Notes under the pieces: generated by a model
Database searches by the model: none
Told to the model about the DNA's origin: nothing
Seen by the model: only the letters and a program-made list of their open reading frames with translations
Shown here: positions 25,951-36,741 of the stretch, one piece after another
Layout: every line of letters begins with the position of its first letter
Position numbering within the stretch: position 1 is the first letter of the stretch
NCBI GenBank assembly: GCA_010909165.1
Contig: VJWM01000119.1
Coordinates: 1-64,000 of the forward strand
Origin: Anthoceros angustus
Taxonomy: Eukaryota; Plantae; Anthocerotophyta
Direction of reading: 5' to 3'
DNA length: 64,000 bases
Translations under genes and position numbers: made by a program

Positions 25951-28900
25951 ATGAGAAATCTGATCTGCCGGAGTGCCGTGGCGCTCATGATGATGTTGTG
26001 GATGGTTAGTCCATTCCTGGCTGCTGCACAAACCTTACAACTGAACTATGGAGCACCATCGCTCCCTCGTTTTCCGTTTGTAACGACAATGCCGTTTTCA
26101 AAGTGAAGATAATCGGCAGCAGTGCCTGTGCATCGGCTACGCTCGATATTCAATTGCCGGCAGGTACCGTTACATCAGCAACAGCGCATCTGTTACCGCG
26201 GGCAGCGGCACACTCAGCCAGGTATCCGTTAGCGGAAACGTGGCCCGACTAACGGTCAACAATATCCCCGCATCGCCCGATTCCACCGTCATCAGTTATA
26301 CGGCCAATGCCGATTGCAGTACGATCGGTACGGCAACGGCTTCCAACAGCAGTGCAAGATATACCTGGCATCTCCTGCCTGGGTTCTTACGTGGTTACCA
26401 GCAACACGTTCAATACGCAGAGTGCGGCGCTGAGCTTTACCAATATCAGCAATGCCAACTATGCGGGTGTTATCGGCGACAGTTATGCGCGCGCGATCAC
26501 CATCACCAACAACGGATTGGGAACGGTGTCGTCGATCACCCTGCGCGATACCAGCGGCAATGGTTTGTATATTTCTTCTTTGCCGCCAATAACGGCTGGA
26601 CCGTTACGGGTACCAAAACGGTAGCCGGCACCGACACCATTCATGTATATGAGCTGCAGGGACCATCGCTGCAGCAGGGCAGCAGATCCGGTGGTGAATG
26701 CCTTGCAATCGCGAGCAAATGGCGCGCGCGTGGTGACAGTGCCGGCGCCACGCCACTGGCGCCAAACCTGCGTTCTTGCGCCGCTGCGGCAGCAGCAAAT
26801 CGCTTTGTATCGGTACAGCAGCATAACCTGCGCATCAACCTGTTCTCCAGCACGGAGCGCGGTGGCAGCCACGCAATATTTCAACCCTGCACGCAATGCC
26901 AATTCGGTGGACAAAGCGGCTATTCGAATATCGAATACCGCATTGGCACTACGGGCGCCGGCGCCGCGCCAACATCGACCGCTTCGTTCACGACACCGGG
27001 CGCCGCGATCGCGGATTGCCCAGCAGTTTCGTATACACCATTCCCGTCATCAACAACGGTGAAACTTTTACCTGCGCTACAACGAAAGGAACAGTCCCCT
27101 GACCGCAGTGAACGCCGGCAATACCATGGAAGTGAGCGGGGAGAACTGCGTTACCAGTACAGCAACGGTTGCGGTGGAAACACTACGGAAGTGGCGCAGT
27201 TTGTGCGCAGCTACCAGCAGTTGCGCATCAATACGCAAACCGACCTGCCGGGCAATATGGAAACCGGCAACTCTACGATTTTTCTTACGTTTACCGAATC
27301 GAATACGGGTATCTATACCTATACCGGGCAACGGGCCCTGTATATCCGCTATAGCCTGGCGCGCCGCCCGCATCGTGTTTACGGGTGCGCTGGCCGACAT
27401 CAGCATGACCAAGAATGGTGCGAACTACGGAACGCCTACCAACTATTCTTACAATACCACCACCAATACCATCTCGGTAACCTATCCCGTTACCAGCAGT
27501 TTCAACGTGAACGGGCAACAGGGAGCGACGCTGACATTCGGCAAGATGTCGCTCAACTGTGCGGCAGCCAGTACCGCCAATACCGTGGCGCTGTCTACTT
27601 ACCTGAAAGCACAATCGGGTTGTTCGAACGAAGAGCTGTTCTCCGTAACCAATACCAGCGTCGGCCTCGTTTGCCCGGTGGATTGTGGTACTACGGTGGG
27701 GTGAGCTTTAACGGTTACCGCCTGCAGCGCACCAATTATGGCCAGCCCGACAACGACAACAACGGTGCAGCCGATGCAACGGGTTCGCTGAACATGGGCC
27801 TGGTGAACGGGAACTATGCGATGGTGGGCGATACGATTGAAAACCTTTACCAGGGCAGGATTGCCACCGGTTCCGGAACGCCGGCCGCTGGTTTCCGCTT
27901 TGGGTATATCGAAAATACTTTCTCCGGGATACACCGCCAACATCAGCAACCTGTTTGCGCGCATTACCGTGTACAATGCAGCGGGTGATTCCATTTATGG
28001 TTGCAATAACCCGCCGATCACGACTACGGGATCGATCCGCAAAGTGGATTTCAGCATCGCGACGCTGAACGCAACCACGGGTTGTGCGCCATTCCCCAAA
28101 CCCAGTTCAACAATGGCGATTCGGTGGTGGTGCGGATGTATACCGCATCGGTACCAACCCGGTGGAGTACTGGCGCCGGTGACCATTACCAATGCCTTTA
28201 CGTGAGTGCGGTACAACCCGGCTGCTGCCCGTTACAGTTGCGGTGGCCGCTATACCGGCAACCTCGTGCTGGTGGGCTGGGGGCTGGCAGCGGAACCGGT
28301 AACCTGACCTATTCGATCACCACGCGCGATTCGGCACGCACACAGGCATCGAACGTTTCGTACCTGGGACCCTGCTGCGTAACCGCAGGTGCGAAACCTT
28401 TGGTTATGAGTACCGCTCGGTGACCATTTACGATTCCATGAGCTATGACCGCCGGACGGGTACGATTTTTCGTCGGCGACCATCAGCTACAGTTATACTA
28501 CGGGACCCAGCCGTTCGGCGAGCCAGACGGTAAACATTTACCCGACGGGTCAAACAGGCAATACCTTTTCAATATCCGCCAGTTGTTCGAGAGTGGTGCG
28601 CTGCGCTATAGCGACCAGGGCAGCAGCATGACGGCGACGGTCAACATCAAACTGAACTGTGCGGCGCCGGCAAAATCGGTGGCGCGTTTCTTCATCCGCC
28701 AGGTGGCCCGGCCCGGTTCCACTTTCGGTAACCTCACCTACAACACGACACTTTTCGATACCATCTACCTGACGGCACCTTGTTGTCGGCATCGGGCCAA
28801 CAACACAGCATTGCCAACAGCAATACCGCCAGTTGGGAAGTACAGGTAAGGCAATGCCAGCACCACCACCGCCACCAGCGTGTGGATGGGAAAGATACCG

Positions 28901-31900
28901 GCACCACCGGCATGACCATCACGGGTGTGCAACGATTGAGTGGTCCCGGTGGCACCGTGGTAGGCACCATCAATCCTTCGGGTTGGGCATTTACCAGCTG
29001 GGTGATTTCGCGCAGACCAGCCAGTATTATCGCGTAACGGCATCGTTCACCAGCTGCGTAACAAAGACAGCATGAAACTGGCCTATTGGTACGACTGTAA
29101 CCGCAGCGGTTATCCATCAACGGTAGCCGCACAACCTTACCGTAAAACATTACCCTGCAGGTGACGCCGCAACAGGCCGCGCTGCAGCTCGATATCGTGC
29201 AGCAACCCGATCCCGGTACACCGCCCAATCTCTGTGATACCCTGTGGTACACGCTGGAAGTGCTCAATGCCGGCCCCGGGAAGCATCCGGCCTCCGCGTA
29301 AACGCCTACCTGCCCGCAGGTGGCGGCATGAACTATGTGCCCGGCACCCACACCTGCGTTATCCCACCGGAGGCAGCGCCATTACCCTCGCCGACGGACA
29401 GGTAAGCAGCATCATCACTTTACCATTCCGGCTGCACAGGTGAGCCGCCTGCGGCGAACGACCGCTTGGTAATCCGTTTCGGATTACAGACCAGTTGTGG
29501 TTTCAGCAGCGGACAAACCCTGCGCTTTGCACCGATGGGCCAATCGCTGCGGCGCCATCAGCACGGGCATCATCCAGCAGACCGAAAACTCAATATGGCC
29601 GGTGTGCCAGCCACGCTCAACGTGTATGCGCTGTATTCACAGGCGGCACCGGCGGCACAGGCCTGCGATACCAGCAACGGCATCGAATCGTTGTACCGTT
29701 TCAAGATCATCAACCAGGGACCGCTGCCAACCTCCACCGCCGATGTGTACAATGTGGAACTGCCCGCACCCTGACCTCGATACCAGTACCGTGGCTTTCC
29801 TGCACAACCCGTCGGGTGCGCGCTTTGACCGCTTCAGCAACGGTGGCTGGTATTTCCGTACCGGTGCCGGTCTCGCCGTAGGTGACTCGGTGGTGATGAC
29901 CGCCGTGCGCGTGCAGCTGCGCCTGCTTCGGCAGCCATCCCCGCCGGACCGACCGACCTGATTACCGAACATGCCCTGGTGGAATACAACGGTTTCTGCT
30001 CTACCACCGGAACTTATTGCCCACCAGCCGCGTGATCGTGGCCACCAACGAAACCACCGCGATCGATGTGGAGCCTGTCCAGTACAGCATCACCGGCATG
30101 AGCCTGCAGGCATATACCTCGAAAGACACCAGCATCAGCGGTTCCATCACCCTGACGCGCAACAATAATTTGTATACGCCGCACCACGTGAACATCCACC
30201 TGTACAAAGACCTCAACAACGATGGTGTTGTCGACGGCGGTGACCTGCACTCGGTGTGCAGAACATGCCGGTGGCCGACAGCACGGTACAGACCCTGTAT
30301 TTCAACCTCAACTCGCCCTATGATGGTGCGTTGTGCCCGCAGGTGATTGCCCGCGCCGAGATCGCGTGCACCAACCTCGACTATGTATTCAATTGCAGCA
30401 GTGCAGCCGTATACCATTCGGTGATGAGTACCCGCAGCGCATCAGCCATTGCGAAGACGTGTACTTTAAAGTGATCGGTGTGGAAGACTTCGGCAAGTGG
30501 GTGGTAGACAGCGGTCATGCGACCATTACTACGCCCAATATTCACCGTACTTCAGTTATTGTGCAGCAGGGCCTGCGCCCGCCTGATCTGGATTGCACAG
30601 GCACCGGCGGCGAACGGTTCCACCTCATCATTGCCGATACCGTAAGGCTGTTCAATGATGCGAAACCCTATTTCGATACGCCGCTCGAAGACCTGACGGT
30701 TTGCGTGGTTCTCCGGCGACTTTCATCCGGATGTGCACTCGACTATGCCGTACCGACCTTCCAGTGGTACAAAGACGGCGTGTTGCCGCCCGGCGTGACC
30801 GACCAGAACTATACCATCAGCAATGCCGCACAGCTGAGCGACGCGGATTGTACACGCTGAAAATATTTGGTAACCGCGGTTGTGACAGCACCGGTGATGT
30901 TCGCCTCACGGTGATCCTGATGCCGACCGCCACCATCAACTACGAAGAAACCTATTGCAGAACCGGAACCGCCACGCCGCAACGCACGGGCCAGACCGGC
31001 GGTGTGTTCAGTGCGACCGGCGGATTGGTCATCAATGCCAGCACCGGGGTGATTGATCTTGCGGCATCTGCGACCGGCGGCGGCGTATATACCATCAAGT
31101 ACGCATTCAGCAATGGCCAGTGTGTGGATTCGGTGAAGGATGAGATACAGATTTTCGGTATTCCGCAACTGGTGACGCATGCACCGGCACGCGTCTGCGC
31201 CGGCATCACCATCGACCTCACTAACCTGCGGTGACCAGCGGCAGCGATGCCAACCTCGTGTTCAGTTATTATACCGACGCGGCAGGCACACAGCCTGTGT
31301 CTAACCCCGCGGCGGTAGCTACCGGCGGCACGTATTATATCCGCGGCACCTTGCCCATCACCGGTTGCCAAACGCCTTTGCTGCCGGTACAGGTAACGAT
31401 CACGCCGTTTGAAGTACAACTGCAGGCCGATAAAATCCTGTGCTCGCCGGTACACCGGTGAACCTCAGCACCAGCGCCAATTTCGATTACCAGGTGTTGA
31501 GTGGAGCCCGGCTTCAGACTTCGCTGACCAAACCGCCACCACGCAGCACGTAACCCTCGCGGGCGATGACCGGTTGATCAAAGTGATTGCCCAATCGACC
31601 CAGGGTTGTATCGACAGCGTAACGCTCGATCTGCAACTGGATCCGAATACACAGGATTTCTTCATCCCGAACGTATTCACGCCGAACAGCGATGGCAAGA
31701 ACGACATCTTCCGCGTATACGGTTCGTCGATCAAAACCATGGAACTGCGCGTGTACAACCAGTGGGGCAACCTGATGTGGAAACGCGGATTATATGAAAG
31801 GGTGGGATGGACGCTTCCATGGACAGGACCAGCCTGCCGGCGCCTATGTGTACACCGTCAAAGCCGTACTGTACAGTGGCCAGGAAATTGTTCGCGGTAC

Positions 31901-31919
31901 CATCACCCTGATCCGTTAA
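25951..31919 (+). CDS. Large Cys/Thr-rich T9SS cargo with type B (gliding motility-associated) C-terminal domain
   Basis: Signal peptide; Ig-like FQWYKDG; terminal FFIPNVFTPNSDGKNDIF..VYNQWG..GWDG..GTITLIR*. Confidence 0.88.
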
Positions 31920-31928
31920 ACCAAGCTC

Positions 31929-32925
31929 ATGAAAATCATTCCTATAGGTTAGTGATGCTGATGCTGGTGATGACCGGTATTGGCCAGGCCGTGAACGCAC
32001 AAACGGATCCGCATTTTCGCAAACCTTTATCCAGCTGATGACGCTGAACCCGGCACTGACCGGTGCGATCGACGGCGATTACCGCGTGTCGGCCATCTGG
32101 CGTTCGCAGTACAACAACCTGCGTTGCAGACGAAAGGCGTGTCGGGCGAGATGACGACCAATAAAACGTGAACCTCGGGGTCAATATGCTGAACCAGACC
32201 ACCGACGACAAAGCCTATAGTTTTACCAATGCATATGTCACCATGGCTTATACCGGTGTGCGATTGGGGAAGGATGCGATGCATTACGTGACCATGGCCA
32301 TCCAGGGTGGGTTGCTGAACCGCCGGTTCGACATCAGCCGCATGCAGTTCGGCGACCAGTGGAAATCGGGCATCGGGTACGACCCCGGCACGGCGACCAA
32401 CGAAAGCTGGCGCACGCAGAATGCGACGGCGCTGGATATGGGAGCGGGATACTCTACTATGATGCTTCGCCCGGCAAGCGGGTGAATGTATATAGGTGGA
32501 TTTTCTGCCTTCCACATCAACAAACCCAAGAGCCCGTACATCACGTCTGACAACGGTGAAGTGGTGCCGGTGCGGTATAATATTCACGGCGGTGCGCATC
32601 GTGGTGAACGACCAGATCCAGGTTGTGCCCAACTTTTTCACCAGCGGCAGCAAATGCCCGGGAGACCCTGGGTATGTATGGACAGTTGAATGCCGGCGAG
32701 AAAACCGACCTGGTGCTGGGTGCCAACTGGCGGCTGGATGAAGCCATCATTCCATTTGCCGGTGTGTACTACAATGGTTTCACGTTTGGCTTTAGTTATG
32801 ATGTGCCGTTTACGCCTAAGTCATTGATGATGAGTCGTGGCAACAGCATAGAGCTGAGCCTGTCGATGGTGTTGCAGCGCAAGGGCAATGCCGATACCAA
32901 AGCCTTTTATTGTCCGCGTTTTTAA
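31929..32925 (+). CDS. PorP/SprF family T9SS outer-membrane protein
   Basis: QTDPHF, LNPALTG, WRSQY, FGFSYDV, SIELSL, terminal CPRF*. Confidence 0.9.
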
Positions 32926-32934
32926 TTGCCGAAC

Positions 32935-34984
32935 ATGAACTTTTTCCGCTATAAAATCTCTTGGTGTGTTGCTGCTGGTTCTTAGCCTCGCAGCAAGTGT
33001 ACAAGCACAAAGCAGTACGGCTTATTTCAACCAGGCCACGCGCCTGTACGAAAGCAAGAAGTATTACGAAGCGGCGCAGCTGTACGAGAAATACCTGGCG
33101 TTCGGGAATACGGTGGTTCGTCCGCATGCCCAGCCTTTTCGGTGCAGAAAGCCAAACCCGTGAAATTGGATCCCGCCAGGAAGCGACCTATCGCCTGGCC
33201 GAGTGTTACCGCTTCACGAATGATTTTGTGCAGGCGGAAAATGGGCCAGCGGCGATGCAGTTGACGGGTAATCCTTACCCGGTGTCGCCTTTTATTATGC
33301 CATTGCATTGCGCGCGAATGAAAAATACGATACGGCGATTACGGTGCTGAACGATTTCCAGATGAACTATGGCAAGCTCGACAACTACACTTATATCGCG
33401 ACCCATGAGCTCGATAACCTGCGTTTCATCCAGGACCAGCTGACGCCCGGCCGTAAGCAGCCTTTTTGTGTAAGCAGCAGGCCAACGACAGCATTTCCGG
33501 CTACGCGTTGCGGCATATCGGTGGCGACAGCTTGATCTATACCGGCACGCAGCCTGAAACGGTGATGACCGGCAAGAGAAAAAGACCTCCGCGGCATTTT
33601 ACAGCAGCCAGCTGTTTTTGTCGACCGGTTCAGATACCGCCCTCGCCAATATTTCCCGTTACCGTTTTCCTGAGACGGCTGCGCTGACCAGCCAGGGGCA
33701 GATTTGTTTCAGTGCCGACAAGCGCCGCGCGTATTTCACGCGGTGGACGGCCGATCCATTGTCGCCACAGGCGATGATCTACAGTACGACCCTGGCCGAT
33801 ACGGGCTGGACCGCCCCGTGGCGCTGGCCAATACCGTGAACCAGCCCGGCAGCAACAACAAGCAGCCTTTTGACCGAAGACGGTCGCTTTTTGGTGTTTG
33901 CTTCTGACCGCCCCGGCGGATCGGGAGGGTATGACCTGTGGGTTTCGACCTTCGACAGCAGCGGAGCTGCATCGGTGGCGCGCAACCTGGGTGGTGATCA
34001 ATTCGGTGGGCGATGAGGCTGCGCCGTATTACCATTCGGTGACGGGCACCTGGTGTTCGCCAGCAATGGCTGGGTGGGCATGGGTGGATACGATATTTAC
34101 GGCGCCAAGGGCAGCCTGTTGCTGAACGACTGGAGCCGGCCGGTGAACCCCGGTATCGCGCTCAATTCGAGCAAAGACGATTTGTATTATACGAGTACCG
34201 ATAGCGAAAACGTGTGGAATACGGGCTGGATGAGTTCCGACCGCAGTTCGGAATGCTGTCTCGCTTTGTACAATACGCGGCAGAACAACCGCCAGTACAT
34301 CACTGGTCTCGTGGTGGACTGCGGCGACCAGCACCCGCTGCCGAATACGTCGGTAACGGTGATGGACAAGCGCCATCCGAGCAACAACAAGACCGTTTTC
34401 ACCGACGACAAGGGCCGTTATCATTTCGAGGCGAGCAACCTGTCGTATTACGAATTACTGACCGTTAAAGACAAATACGAACCCAAGACCGGGGCATACC
34501 AGGTGGTGAGGCAAACCGGTGACGACAGCATCGAGAACAAGGTCATCTGCCTGATCATGAAACGCGACAGCGTGACTTCGCTCGACGACCTGCACGAGGA
34601 GTTGCGCCGCCTGAGCGGATCCAATGAGCTGAGCCGTTTCGCCTTTGGCAAGGCCGACCTGAAGCGCGGTGCTTATGGCAATTTCGATTCCCTCATCCAC
34701 ATCATGAACAAGTACCCCACGGCACGCATCCAGGTGCTGGGCTTTACCGATGGCAAGGGCACGGAGGAGTTCAACCTGAAGCTGGCCCAGAGCCGGGTAG
34801 ATGTGCATCGCCTACCTGGTGAAGCAGGGCATTGGCGCCGACCGGCTGGTGGGCAAGGCGATGGGCGAGTGCTGCCCGATTGCGCCTGAATTCATCAACG
34901 GCAGGATAACCCGCCGGCCGCGCCCGAAACAGGAGGGTGGAGTACAAGCTGATTGAGCAGGATGATCTGTTTGAGCAGCGGTAA
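32935..34984 (+). CDS. PorE-like TPR/PD40/OmpA-family protein
   Basis: YRLAECYR TPR; SDRPGGSGGYDLW and FASNGWVGMGGYDIY PD40 repeats; FTDGKGTEEFNLKLAQSR..NRRVE OmpA domain. Confidence 0.88.
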
Positions 34985-35018
34985 TAGGGCCGCGCCCGCC
35001 GCATACGCCGATTGTTCG

Positions 35019-35026
35019 TAAATTTG
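35019..35026 (+). promoter_or_regulatory. Bacteroidota -7 promoter element TAAATTTG for hscB
   Basis: Exact TAnnTTTG match 5 nt before ATG 35032. Confidence 0.6.
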
Positions 35027-35031
35027 CTCTT

Positions 35032-35560
35032 ATGAGCTATTTCGATCTTTTGGCATTCCCAGCCAGTTCAAGGTGGAACCCAACCTGCTCAAAAAGCGGT
35101 TTTACGAGCTGAGCCGGGAGTACCATCCGATTTTTACACCCAGGCCGATGCCGATGCCCAGGCTGCTGCGCTCGAAAAAGCAGTACCCTGAACAAGGCTT
35201 TCAAGGCATTCCAGACTGAAGACGGTACCATCCAGTACCTGCTGACCGAAAAGGGCCTGTTGGAAGCCGAGGAAAAGTATGCCTCGACCCGCTGTTCCTG
35301 GGCGAGGTGATGGACATCAACGAGGCCCTGATGGACCTGGAAATGGACCCCGACGCCGCTGGCTTGGCCAAAGTGGAGAACGACACCCAAACCCTCTTAC
35401 AATCTATACGTCATGACGTGGAAAACATTCTGGACGGCTATCAGGAAGGTATTACTACCGAAGAAGAGCTGCAGGTAAAGGAGTACTACTACCGGAAAAA
35501 TACCTCGACCGAATTTTGGACAAAATCGACAGCCTGCGTAATATTGCAGCCCGCCAGTGA
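35032..35560 (+). CDS. hscB: Fe-S cluster co-chaperone HscB
   Basis: MSYFDLFG, FYELSREYHPDF J-domain HPD, LNKAF, FLGEVMDINE. Confidence 0.88.
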
Positions 35561-35573
35561 AGGCGGGTTTGAG

Positions 35574-35654
35574 GCCAGATGGCGGAATTGGTAGACGCGC
35601 TAGACTCAAAATCTTGTTCTCGCAAGGAGTGCAGGTTCGATTCCTGTTCTGGCA
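35574..35654 (+). tRNA. tRNA-Leu (CAA)
   Basis: GCCAGA..TCTGGC acceptor, D-loop GGAATTGGTAGAC, anticodon loop CT-CAA-AA, long variable arm, T-loop GGTTCGATTCC. Confidence 0.95.
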
Positions 35655-35662
35655 CTAAAGTT

Positions 35663-35688
35663 ATAGGTCTTCCAATTGGAAGACCTAT
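35663..35688 (+). terminator. Perfect 26-bp palindrome after tRNA-Leu
   Basis: ATAGGTCTTCCAATTGGAAGACCTAT followed by TT. Confidence 0.75.
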
Positions 35689-35744
35689 TTGCTAATCCAT
35701 GACAAATATGTAAACAATTTCCTGGCGGTTCTGAAATACCTAAA

Positions 35745-35788
35745 GACTGAAAATCCTTGTGTCGGCGGTTCGATCCGCCCCACACCAC
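35745..35788 (+). pseudogene. 3' half of tRNA-Phe(GAA), att-like site
   Basis: GACTGAAAATCCTTGTGTCGGCGGTTCGATCCGCCCCACACCAC: anticodon loop, T-arm and acceptor 3' strand with no D-arm or 5' strand. Confidence 0.85.
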
Positions 35789-35789
35789 G

Positions 35790-35833
35790 AAGAAAATGAA
35801 GCGGTTATAACAAAAGTTATAATCGCTTTTTCT
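35790..35833 (+). terminator. Hairpin after tRNA-Phe fragment
   Basis: AAGCGGTTATAAC-AAAA-GTTATAATCGCTT then T-tract. Confidence 0.65.
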
Positions 35834-35859
35834 TGTGGGTACAACATAGGTACAACATT

Positions 35860-36317
35860 CTTTACGACGAACTCTACGTGCTTATTTATGTAGTCGGTAA
35901 TCAGGAAAGTACTTTCATGTCCCTCAACGTTTTCAAAAACCTGCTTGAAAATTTCCAATCTGAAATCAGGATCAAATGTTGTGTTATCACGTTCAGTACC
36001 GTGGATATACATCTCCCAATCTTCAACGGAAACTTTATCCTGATTGTCAAATAGTAACTTTGCAAGTTCTTGTTCAGCATCGGACGCCTTCAACAAATCT
36101 GTCCATTTCGAAAGCCAACCAATATCGCAATGTAATGTTGCGCTTTCATTAGGCTAAATCGTCCTCGTTAATATCGTAGTCCAATATGAGACTTTCGATA
36201 TCGAAGTATTTTGGATCATACTTGTAATCACCAATAGTTGCTTCCGGAGATTTCTTTTCGTTTGGTAATCCTTGAAAAGATTCTTTGCTTGAGTTTGAAA
36301 AATTCAATTTGGGTCAT
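35860..36317 (-). CDS. Hypothetical ~150 aa protein with KLQAKNLFKD..AQHYIAILVGFRKW-type helical motif
   Basis: Stitched: MTQIEFFKLQAKNLFKDYQTK..YDPKYFDIESLILDYDI..LMKAQHYIAILVGFRKWTDLLKASDAEQELAKLLFDNQ; stop uncertain. Confidence 0.75.
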
Positions 36318-36465
36318 AATATAATCTTTATGTTACCCAGACTTGTTATCTAAAACATTTTGCGTTCGTAATCTTTTGTTAGATAAAAGCCTGGAAAAAG
36401 GTTATATTATCTATTGGCTGATGAAATCTTTGCACGAACGAGCAGGCTTGCCAATAAGCCGTTGA
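36310..36465 (-). ncRNA. Candidate structured cis-regulatory RNA (multi-pseudoknot 5' leader)
   Basis: Four perfect 7-8 bp complementary pairs in interleaved order plus a hairpin over the ATG; promoter-like TACCTTTA at 36475-36468. Confidence 0.6.
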
Positions 36466-36741
36466 CATAAAGGTAACAGATACTTGGAATAGTTGAGCCG
36501 GAGATTTGGCGTGATCGATTAGCTTAGGCCTAGATTTTCACCCAACTTCTTCATGTGCACACGCACAGTATAACATACAGATAATCAGGATAATATGTAA
36601 CTTAACTTATTGCGCGTTTTTGTTTTCAGTTTATATTTACCCAAAGCCTAAAAGTTATTCTTGACACCTTTTCAATTCAGCGTTTCATTGGTAAGAAACG
36701 CAGTATTTTGAATGTTTAATAGTAGGCTAATTAGCAACTAA

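Noticed and set aside
35032-35560. hscB without hscA/isc genes as a novelty
   Set aside because: A stand-alone hscB is not informative from one window; partners may lie elsewhere.
35745-35788. Functional tRNA-Phe gene
   Set aside because: No 5' acceptor strand or D-arm upstream.
36387-36456. HDV-like ribozyme
   Set aside because: P1/P2 order is similar, but the P3/L3 length, P1.1 GG and catalytic J4/2 C-R-A motif are not evident.
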